IMG/VR virus record: IMGVR_UViG_3300032300_000344
Coordinates: 1-36,494 of that record
Reading direction: 5' to 3' (one strand)
DNA from: a virus
Lineage: Duplodnaviria > Caudoviricetes
DNA: 36,494 nucleotides
The notes under the pieces are model-generated. The model ran no database searches and was not told where the DNA came from. It was given only the letters and a program-made list of their open reading frames with translations. Position numbers and translations under genes: made by a program. Positions 24,658-34,400 of the stretch are shown here, piece by piece (position 1 is the first letter of the stretch; every line of letters starts with the position of its first letter).

Positions 24658-26586
24658 ATGGATGAGTATGACGAATTTGGTGATTTGCAGGGCGCAATAG
24701 ACGTTCAAAGCGACGACGACGCCAACAGCATTACCGATAGTGAAAATATTGATAACGGTACTGACAGCTCTGATGATAGCTCTGATGATAGCTCTGATGA
24801 TAGCTCTAACCCCACAGAAGACGACGTTCTGCCTATTGGTGTGCGAACCAGTATGGGCGAGGGAATGTGGGCCACACGGAACGCCGATGGTTCTGTTTTG
24901 TACGAAGACCCCGATGGCAGCACCTACACCAAAACTAACAGTGGCAATTACATTACCGGCACTGGTAGCTCTGCCGTTACTTACAACCCAAGCACCGGCA
25001 CATTTACTGATTCCGCCGGAAATCCTTTGACGGTTGGCTCTGGTTTTAACATTCCAAAACAATTTCAAAATTTGTTTAAAACAAACGGCGAATACGATGT
25101 TGGAAAAATATTGCCTTTGCTTGGTGGCGGTCTTGCGGCACTAAAATCCAACAACCGCACGCAGCCTGCGGGTTACCAAGGCAAAATCCCCACATACACA
25201 GCCACGCGTCAAGCGCCGGGTATTGGCCAGTTGTTAAGCGGCAATGCCTTGTTTAAGACGCCAGACAAAACGACAACAAATGCTGACGGGACAGTCACCA
25301 CAACTCCGGGGACGGTAATTAACCCCAACACAGCAGCGCCAGCTACAGGTGTTGCACCCCCGCCAAGAGAAGAAGCAGTTGTGACAAAAGCCAAAGGCGG
25401 AGCTCTGGAGTCCGGCGGGTTTGTCATCCCTGCAGACGTTGTATCTCACATTGGCAACGGCAGCAGCGCGGCTGGCCTGCGCCTTCTGGCTCAACGCTAC
25501 GGCGCAACCCCAATCAAGGGTAAAGGCGACGGCATGAGCGACTCAATCCGAACTACCATCGACGGGCGGCAACCTGCCCGTGTGGCTAATGAGGAGGCTC
25601 GTTTGACCAAGTCTCAAGTACAAGCCGCTGGCGGCGCACAAAAACTCTATGCCATGATGGAAAAGATTCGCGAGGCCCGTACCGGCTCCAAACAGCAGGG
25701 CAGGCAGATCGACCCCCGCAAGTACATGCCCGGCGGCTCCATTGGTTACGCCAATGGAGGTGCAGTGCCGCGCTACGAAACGGGCGGCACCACAAAACTT
25801 CCCGCAGGCACTACCGGCACGGAATCCAACCTGTCCAACTGGGCTGGTGAATACGTCACCGACATGTTGGGCAAGGGCAAAGCCCTGTCTGAAATGCCTT
25901 TTGAGCAGTACAAAGGCCCATTGACCGCTGGCGCTTCAGACTTGCAAAACAAGGTCTCCACAGGCCTGCAAGGCCTCACCTTCCCCAGTAATCTGGGTAG
26001 CAGTTTTAGTTCTACCACCGCACCCACAATTGGCGCGGATGGACAACCCACTGGCGGCGGTGGCATTGCCTCCAACTACATGAACCCGTACCTGTCTTCT
26101 GTGCTCAATCCGCAGTTGGCAGAGATGCGCCGTCAGGCGGAGATTAACAACCTGTCCGGCGTTGGCAATCTGACAAAATCCGGCGCTTTTGGCGGGGGCC
26201 GTCAGGCCATCATGCAGTCTGAAGCTGGGCGCAATCTGCTTACAGAGCAGAACAAAACCATTGGCCAAGGCTACTCCAATGCATATGACAAGGCCATGCA
26301 GCAGTTCAATATTGAGCAGGGTCAAGCAAAAGACTTGGCGGGGCTTATGGCCAACCAAGGCGCGGTGGATCGCGGCATTACCAGCGAAGACATCGCAGCC
26401 AACAAAGCGCAGTTTGAAGAGGCCCGCCTCAACCCGTACAAGATGGTGCAGTACCAGCAGTCGCTGCTCAGCGGTTTGCCTTTGGCGGCGCAGACGTACA
26501 ACCAAGCGCCAACAGACAACTTAACGCAGTTTGCAGAAGCTGCAAAAACACTTGACGGCCTGTTAAAAAATCTCAAGCAAACATAA
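24658..26586 (+). CDS. Putative internal virion / DNA ejection protein (642 aa)
   Basis: GAGGGG RBS; acidic N-terminus, GKGDGMSDSI module flanked by xxGG motifs, and a YMNPY...GAFGGGRQA Gln-rich C-terminal region typical of podoviral DNA transfer proteins. Confidence 0.7.
   Translation: MDEYDEFGDLQGAIDVQSDDDANSITDSENIDNGTDSSDDSSDDSSDDSSNPTEDDVLPIGVRTSMGEGMWATRNADGSVLYEDPDGSTYTKTNSGNYITGTGSSAVTYNPSTGTFTDSAGNPLTVGSGFNIPKQFQNLFKTNGEYDVGKILPLLGGGLAALKSNNRTQPAGYQGKIPTYTATRQAPGIGQLLSGNALFKTPDKTTTNADGTVTTTPGTVINPNTAAPATGVAPPPREEAVVTKAKGGALESGGFVIPADVVSHIGNGSSAAGLRLLAQRYGATPIKGKGDGMSDSIRTTIDGRQPARVANEEARLTKSQVQAAGGAQKLYAMMEKIREARTGSKQQGRQIDPRKYMPGGSIGYANGGAVPRYETGGTTKLPAGTTGTESNLSNWAGEYVTDMLGKGKALSEMPFEQYKGPLTAGASDLQNKVSTGLQGLTFPSNLGSSFSSTTAPTIGADGQPTGGGGIASNYMNPYLSSVLNPQLAEMRRQAEINNLSGVGNLTKSGAFGGGRQAIMQSEAGRNLLTEQNKTIGQGYSNAYDKAMQQFNIEQGQAKDLAGLMANQGAVDRGITSEDIAANKAQFEEARLNPYKMVQYQQSLLSGLPLAAQTYNQAPTDNLTQFAEAAKTLDGLLKNLKQT
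24766..24807 (+). repeat. 12-bp tandem repeat x3.5 (AGCTCTGATGAT; SSDD)
   Basis: Three perfect units plus AGCTCT. Confidence 0.9.
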
Positions 26587-26595
26587 GGACGCATC

Positions 26596-28431
26596 ATGGC
26601 AATCAACAGCGCCCAAGGCATCGCCTCCCTGTATCGCGGCAATCCACAGCCGCTGCAGCAGAGCATCCAAAAAGAACAGCAAGCCAAACCCGGCTTTGCG
26701 CCCGACATGTTAAAAATGTTGGCCCTCCAAATCGTGAACAACGAGAAAGACGCCGCCGCAGCGCAGGCCGCCATGCAGCAACTCAAACAAATGAGCGGCC
26801 CTACCGGCCAGATGCCTACTGTGATGGCGTCTTTAGAGCAACAGGCAAAACAAAAAATACAGGCCCAACAGCAGCAGGCCCGCCAGCAGGCCGAGCAGCG
26901 CGGTCTTCCTGCGGGACTTATGGGTGTGCAGGGCGAACCACCTCAGCCCGAAGCGCAGCCGGAAGCTCAGGGCATCGACCAACTGCCAGCCGAGTTTGAG
27001 ATGGCTCGCGGCGGTATTGTGGCGTTTGACTCCGGTGGTGAAGTTGATGCAGCCAAAGAAGAGGCAAGGGAGGCAATGGCTCGACTGCAATCCTACGGTC
27101 TGGCGCAGCGCAAAAATGACCCAGAGGGTTTTGAAGCGGCCCAAGCACGGGCTGCTGAGGCCAAACAAAAACTGATGGTTGCTCAATCCACTTACGCACA
27201 GGAAATGAGTGCTGCTGGCATGGACCGCCCAGTTCAGGTTACCGGTATGCCAAAGCCACGCCCACCCGAGCCAGAGAGGGGTCTTTCTGCTGCGGTTCAG
27301 CAGGCTCCCGTAGCGTCTCAGCAAGCTCCTGCAGCGCCACCACCTGAGCGAGTCAGTCCGGCGCAAGTTGAGAGGGCGGCACCGCCCGCCCCTCCGCCAA
27401 TCCGACGCGAAGCTGCCCCCACTCAAGAGCGCCAGTCAACCGTTGGGGACATTGCTGCGTTGGCCAAACAAATGCAGGACAGCGTTACGCCAACCGCACC
27501 CGCCGCAGTAAGTAGTGTTCCAAAACAAATGCTAACTGACCGCATGAACTTTGACCCAGAAGCGGAAGAGGCCAAAGCAATTGCCAAACGCAAAGCCGCC
27601 TTGCCGCAAGAAGACTTGTCGCAACATGACCGCCTACTTGCGGAGTTGGAAAAGCGCAAGCAGAGTCTTGAGCCCAAGAAGGGGTACGAGGGCTTGATGG
27701 AATTCTTGGGCCAAGTTAGCGCCAATAGTCAGCCCGGTAGAGGCTCGTTTGCTTCCGGGGCGGCGGGCTCTCGCGCACTGGACGCTTTGAACCGAGAGCG
27801 TGCTACGCAGCAGTTTGAGTTGTCTAAACAGCAAATCGAGGTTTCCCAGAAGAAACTGGATTCGGTTCGCAAATACGCAGAAGACAACTACAACGTTGGC
27901 AAGGCCAAGTTTGATCAGGTGTACAGAGATAAATACGACGCAGCCAAAGAACTTCTTAACGACGAGAACGAAGCCGCCCAACAGGCCAAGCAAGAAACTC
28001 TCAAGTATTTTGAACTGGCTCAAAATCGAATTCTGGAGCAGCAGAAGATTCGCGCTCAGGCCGCAAACCGCCCATTTGACGTGCAGGGCGAACTTGCTAA
28101 GGCCGTGTTGGCTGGAGACAAACCGAGAGCCGACAAATTGCGGGAAATCCTTAGCACTGTTGGCGAGGCCAAGAGACCCGGTGCTGATACTGCTCAAGTT
28201 GAGAAGTTTGAAAAGGGCAACGTTATCGACATGATGACAATGAAGAACTTGCAAGGCAAAGCAAAGCTTACCGCCGAAGAGCGGCAAAAGCTGCAAAACT
28301 TGCAACAATCTCTGGCGTCAAAGGCTAAGGCACAAGGCATCGACCCAGCCCAGATTGGCATCATGGGTGCAACGCCAGCTTCCGCCGGGGGCATTGATCT
28401 GTCAAAATGGGGCGAATTGAAAAAGAACTGA
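26596..28431 (+). CDS. Putative internal virion / ejection protein (611 aa)
   Basis: TAAGGA RBS; Gln/Ala-rich helical protein with MARGGIVAFDSGGEV and a Pro-rich linker. Confidence 0.7.
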   Translation: MAINSAQGIASLYRGNPQPLQQSIQKEQQAKPGFAPDMLKMLALQIVNNEKDAAAAQAAMQQLKQMSGPTGQMPTVMASLEQQAKQKIQAQQQQARQQAEQRGLPAGLMGVQGEPPQPEAQPEAQGIDQLPAEFEMARGGIVAFDSGGEVDAAKEEAREAMARLQSYGLAQRKNDPEGFEAAQARAAEAKQKLMVAQSTYAQEMSAAGMDRPVQVTGMPKPRPPEPERGLSAAVQQAPVASQQAPAAPPPERVSPAQVERAAPPAPPPIRREAAPTQERQSTVGDIAALAKQMQDSVTPTAPAAVSSVPKQMLTDRMNFDPEAEEAKAIAKRKAALPQEDLSQHDRLLAELEKRKQSLEPKKGYEGLMEFLGQVSANSQPGRGSFASGAAGSRALDALNRERATQQFELSKQQIEVSQKKLDSVRKYAEDNYNVGKAKFDQVYRDKYDAAKELLNDENEAAQQAKQETLKYFELAQNRILEQQKIRAQAANRPFDVQGELAKAVLAGDKPRADKLREILSTVGEAKRPGADTAQVEKFEKGNVIDMMTMKNLQGKAKLTAEERQKLQNLQQSLASKAKAQGIDPAQIGIMGATPASAGGIDLSKWGELKKN

Positions 28432-28443
28432 TGAGGGTTACCG

Positions 28444-31400
28444 ATGCCTACCTACACCATAACAGCGCCTGATGGCAATTCGTATTCTATCGAGGGCCCT
28501 GAAGGTGCCACCAAGGCGGAGGTAGCTCAAGCAGTTTTGGCCAAGAACCCAGCGTCTGGTCGGCCACCATCCAAGGAGCGCACGTTTGGCGAAGCAGCCA
28601 AGGACGTGGGCGCTGGATTGGTTTCTGGCGTTGGCTCGATTGTGCAGATTCCCGGTCAGCTTTATGGTCTGGCAACAGGCAACTTTGAGAAGACCGGCTC
28701 CTTGGGCTTGGGCGAAGAAATTTCAAAGTACGGCGAAGAAATGAAGTCTGCGGGTTTAAAGGCCCGCGAAGCTGAGCGAGCAGCCAAGGTCCAAGAAGCA
28801 GAAAAAACTGGGCAGTTTGAAGCGTTTAAACAAGGCCTGTCGGAGACGATTACTGATCCAGCTCTTCTCACTTCTTTTCTTGCGGAGCAGGCCCCACAGA
28901 TTCTTCCCATGCTTCTCACCGGTGGCGCAACAGCCGCCCTGACGGCCGGACGCGTTACGGCCTCCGCCTTGGCAAAGGGAGCGACCAAAGAAGCTGCCGC
29001 TGCTGCTGGCAAATCAGCCGCCACCAAAGCAGGAACTACCGCCGCTATTCAGACTGGCGCAGTCATGCAGGGAGCAGATGTTGGCTCCGGGGCGTACGAC
29101 GAGATTTATGCCGAGTTGTCCAAGACCATGCCTGCAGAGCAGGCTGCAGCAGAAACCATCAACAAAGCTCGAGCGGCAGGTTTGACGGGGTACGGCCTGT
29201 CGGTTGTGGCCAATCGATTCCTGCCCGGCTCAAGTGCTTTTGAACAGATTCTTGCGGGCAAAGCAATCAAGGGCAGTCGCATCAAGTCCGGCGCTTTGAC
29301 GGCGCTGAAAGAGATTCCCGGCGAAAACATCGAAGAGGTAGGCGGCAAGATTGCTCAGAACGTGGCTGCGCGTTCGGCAGGCATCGACAAAGACATCTTT
29401 GCTGGCACTGGAGAAACCGCAGCTCTTGCCACAATTGGTGGGGGCGCATTGGGTGGTGCTGCTGGTGCAGCGGCAGCTCGAAGCACTGAGCCAGAGCAGC
29501 CGGTTACGCCAGAAGCTGTTGATAGGTTTAAACAAGAAGAGGCGGAGTTCCGAAAACAGTTTGGCGCTGCGGAGCCGGTGGCCGCCCCAGAAGAACCGGT
29601 GACATCTCGTGAGCTTTCTACCGATGTAAACGTGCCGGAGCAAGAAGCACCGACGGAGCTGCCCGGTGGCTACACATTGCAGCGCAGAGAAGAGCGCAAA
29701 CAGGTTCCGGAGACGTTCAACATTTTTGCCGAGGGTTCGGAAACACCGCTAACTACGGTCACCAGCCAAGAAGAGGCCGATCAGAAACTCCAGACCCTGA
29801 CTCAGATTCGAGCCGAAGAGCAGGCCAAGCTGCTCAGCGAATCCGAGAAGATCAGCTCAGAGGTCCGCGCTCAACAGCGCCAGTTGGACGTTATGGAGGC
29901 CACGGGGCAAGCGGGCACTGACGAGTACATACAAGCCAAGGCTGCGTTTGAACAAAGCTCTTTGGATGCCGCGCAAAGAATTGCCGCCATCAACGACAAG
30001 ATTACAGACTTCTCCAAGCCCTTGACGGCCACCCCATCCGGTAGCCGGGTTGATGTCCAGAACAAGTTCGACATGAAGCTTGGCGAAGAAGCGTCTGGCA
30101 CATTCAACAGCGAAGAAGAGGCAGTGGAATACATCCGCGCTCGCCAACCAGAATTGAATGATCTGTTTAAACAAGCAGATGACGCCAAGCTTGCGGCAGC
30201 CGCAGCTCAGGAAGAGAAGGCCCGCGTTCAAACAGATGAGCGCATTCAACAGCTCGAGAAGACCCTGACCCCCCTCCTTGCAAAGTTCAACTTGCAGGAT
30301 GTTGGCCTGAAGGTTGTGGAAAAGATCAAGAACAACGCTGGCGGCAGCTATCTGGACCGCCTAATTCAGGTTGCCATTGACGAGCAGAACCCCATCCAAA
30401 CGATGCGCCATGAGTCCATGCACGCACTAAAGGACTTGGATTTCTTCACCCCGCAGCAATGGAACGTCTTGAAAGAGCGTGCAAACAAAGAGTGGATTAA
30501 AACGTATCTGGCGGATGTGCCGACCGAGTTCAACGGCGTGCAGATGAGCCGCCTTGATGCGTATAAACAGATGGGGTTAACGCAAGAGGAGCTGATCGAA
30601 GAGGCCATCTCTGACGCCTTTGGTGCGTACGACAAGGGAGCCACACCACCTCCCGGCATGATTGCCGCCCTGTACAAGAAGCTCAAGAACTTCTTCATGA
30701 ATTTTGGCCAAGCCCTGCGTGGTGCAGGCTTTGAGTCTGCGGACGATGTGTTCCAGCGCGTTGAGCGTGGTGAGCTGAAGTCCCGCAAGCCAAAGGCCCC
30801 ATCGGCAGAGAGGCTTAGCCTGCCAATCATGCGCGGCGAAGAGGTTGCCAAATTTGAGGGCCCTCCAAAAGAAGGAGAGACCGAGCCGACAAAGCTCAAA
30901 CCCAGTGTTGACTTGATTGGCAAGTACTTTGACGATCAGACCAAGAAGCGCAGCGGGGCAAGACTCAACTACGCCGACAAGCAAAGCTTTGACAATGCCG
31001 TCAAAACGGCTACCGACGAAGTTAAATACCAGATGGCTAGAGAGAAGTCTGGCTTGGACTGGTACGAAGAAGACGTTAAAGAAGCGTTTAAACAAACTAA
31101 GAAATTTATCCCTGAGTTAGGCAAGGCAGACAACCGATTGCTGTTCAGCGTTATGGCTGGAATCATGTCGCCACAGACAACTGCCCGTGACAACTGGTTT
31201 ATTGCTGCGAAGGCGTTTGAGCATTACCTTGCTACAAAAGACATTCCCGGCAACAACCCGGAGACCGGTGGCTTGTGGCAGGGCGGCACTCAGTCGCCCA
31301 ACAAGAAAATTCAACTTGAGTTTCTTGACCGCATGGTCAAAGATATGGGGCAGAAGAAAGCTTTGGAATGGTTGTTTGGCGACCACACCGTAAAGGAAAT

Positions 31401-34400
31401 TAACCAGTTCCGACAGAGCTACGGTAATATCAAGTCCGGTATTGATGGTAAGATTACTGATGTAAAGCCGGGGCTTTACGCCTTTGGCCCAAAGGTTGGG
31501 CCATTTGTCAACAACCTAAACGGCATCCATGACGTTACTGTTGACAAGTGGATGACCCGAACCTTCAACCGTTATTTTGGCGCAATGCTGGGGCCGGACC
31601 AAAAGATTGTTGATGTACCAACCGAGCCGCAACGTAGAGCCGTCAAGGCGCTTGTCAATGAGGTAGCAAAAAATGCAGGAATCAAGCCGTACCAAGTCCA
31701 GTCCCTCCTCTGGTTCTATGAACAGCAACTCTTCACAAAAATGGGAGTCCTCTCCCCCTCCTACGGATTCAGTGATGGAGGCAGGAAGTTTGCAGAAGCA
31801 AGAGGAAGAGGCGGTGCGCCGAGTGTCAGCACTCCTGCTCAGGCAACTGAAGGCGGGCTGAAAGATAAAAAAACAGGAGAAGCAAATGAAAGCATCAAGC
31901 CAAAACAACCAAAACTCTCCATCCAACGAGGAGGAGGACGAGAGTCTCGGGAAATTACGCCACTTGAGGGCGCTCCATCAGTCAAAGGCTTTTCGGGCCC
32001 AATCGCGGGAATTGTCGAAACAGCAGAACGATACGCCAAAGAAAACGGAATCCCGTACAAGCGACAGGCAGAGTACGTAAAGGTAGACCCCGACAGGGCA
32101 AAACGTATTGCTCAGGCGTATGAGGACATGGCTCATGCGCCGCAAGACCCCAAGGTCCGCAAGGCGTACAAAGACCTAATTCGCCAAACAACGGCCCAGT
32201 ATGAGGCCCTGCTTGAGTCCGGGTACAAGTTCTGGTTTTTGGACATGTCCAAGCCGGACAACCAGAAGTACGCATCCTCGCCTTTCAACGCCTTGCGCGA
32301 CCTGAAGGACAACAAAGAGATGGGCGTTTTTCCAACCAATGATGGTTTTGGAAGCGGCGCAGATTTCGACCCGAAAGCAAATCCGCTTTTGGCGACAACT
32401 GAGTTTGAGTGGCCAACCGGGGGCCCGGACGGCCCTATGCAGCCAGTCCTTGCAAACGACCTATTCCGCGCTGTGCATGACGCTTTTGGTCATGGCATTG
32501 AGGGTGCTGGCTTCCGCGCTGAAGGCGAAGAGAATGCTTGGCAGGCACACGCAAGACTGTTTACAGGGCCCGCCCTCGGAGCAATCACATCCGAAACTCG
32601 CGGGCAAAACAGTTGGCTCAACTACGGCCCATCCGGAGAGACCAACCGCACGGCAAAGGTTGAGGACACTGTCTTTGCCGATCAGAAGACCGGACTCATG
32701 CCAGAGTGGACATGGCAAGAGGGCCTGTCTGACGATGAGACAAAGTTCAGTTTGCGCACCAGCTTCCCAACGGCTAGGGAAGCTGAAGATGCGGCCTACG
32801 ACAAGGCACCGCCATCAACCAAAGAGTTTAAACAGTTCTTTGGTGCAAGCACTATCATGGATGAGGGTCGCCCTCAGCCCATGTACCACGGTTCTGCCAG
32901 TGGGTTTGACACGTTCAGCGAAGCTAAGCCAATTTTCATCAGCCCCGATCCAGACTTTGCGGAACAGTTTGCAGAGGACAGGGCCAAGGACGAGGGTAAG
33001 TCATCGGACGAGATGCGCATTTACCCGCTATGGGTACGCGCAGAGACTCCGTTTGATTACGAAAACAAAGACCACGCCGCGATGGTGGCCGAGAAGATTA
33101 TTGCTGATCAAAAGCTGGAAACGGAAAATTCCGCTGTACGACTCAAGAAATCCACGCCCAAGGTCAGCACCTTTAAGAAGGAGATTGCTGGCGGCTTGTG
33201 GTCCACAATTGAAGACCCCGTTGTTCAGGATGCACTGAAGTCGATGGGCTTTGATTCGTTCTACGTGCAGGAGTACGGCAACAAGAACCTTGCTGTGTTT
33301 AAAGCTGAGCAGGTCAAGTCCATCACCGGCAACATTGGCGACTTCAGTCTTGAGTCAAAAAACATGCGGTTCAGTCTGCCCAGCATTCCGGCTCAGGTCA
33401 GTACCCGTATTGGCGAAACAACGTTTAAACGAGAAGAGAAGAACTGGGTTAAAAACTTGATGGAGGCCATAACTCCAACAAGCGCAGCCCAGTTCCGGGC
33501 CCAGTACCTCAACCGCTACAACCAGATGTCTGTCTACGACAAGGCTCTGACAAAGCAGATGGGCGGGGTCAAGCTGCTGGCAGAGCAAAGCGCAGAGATG
33601 GGCGCATTGATGTCCGACCTTGGTAGTGGCATCTCCGCATCTGCCATGGGTATTGGCGACCGCAACGGCGGCATCCCGGTCTTCCGCAACGGCATCACAA
33701 CCATCGACCGAAGAACCAAGGGCTTGATTGCATCCTTGGCTCCGCTGGCTGCGTACAACGACCCAGCGGTTTACCAGCGTTATCAATATTGGGCGATGGT
33801 TAAGCGTGGTGTACGTTTAAACAGAGAAGGCAAGGACACCGGCATCGACACAGCAGACGTGGCGTTTGCAAAGCTTTTGGAGCAAAAGCACCCTGAGTTT
33901 GTCAGCGTTCAGAAAGACTTGATTGCTTTCAACAACGGCTTGGTTCAGTACATGGTGGACACTGGCGTGCTCTCCAAAGAGCGCGGCTACATTTACACGA
34001 AGCACGCAGACTACATCCCCTTCTATCGCCAGATGGACGGCGAGAAGACTGTCGGGCCAAACCTGTTCCAGTCGCTGTCTGGGGTCAAGCCACCGAAAGC
34101 ACTCAAGGGTAAAGACGCAGCCGAAGCACCGATTGCCGATTTCCTCGAGACCATGGTGCGCAACACCCAGTCAGCCATTCAGGCTGGCGTTAAGAACGCA
34201 GCAGCCCAAAGAGCCATTGGTGTAGCCACTCAGGTGCAAGCGCCGGGCATGGGAGCTACGCGTTTAAACGTAGCAAGCACAGCCCCTAACGTTATCAATA
34301 TTTTGGAAAAGGGCCAAATCGTTTCCTATGAAACGCCAGACCCGTTGCTGATCAACGCCATGATGAGCTTGAACCAGTCCGAGCTGCCGTTCATGGGCAT

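Noticed and set aside
32339-33238. 299-aa alternative-frame plus-strand ORF inside the polyvalent gene
   Set aside because: Arg/Ser/Leu-rich off-frame composition with no motifs; the main frame carries the recognisable domains.
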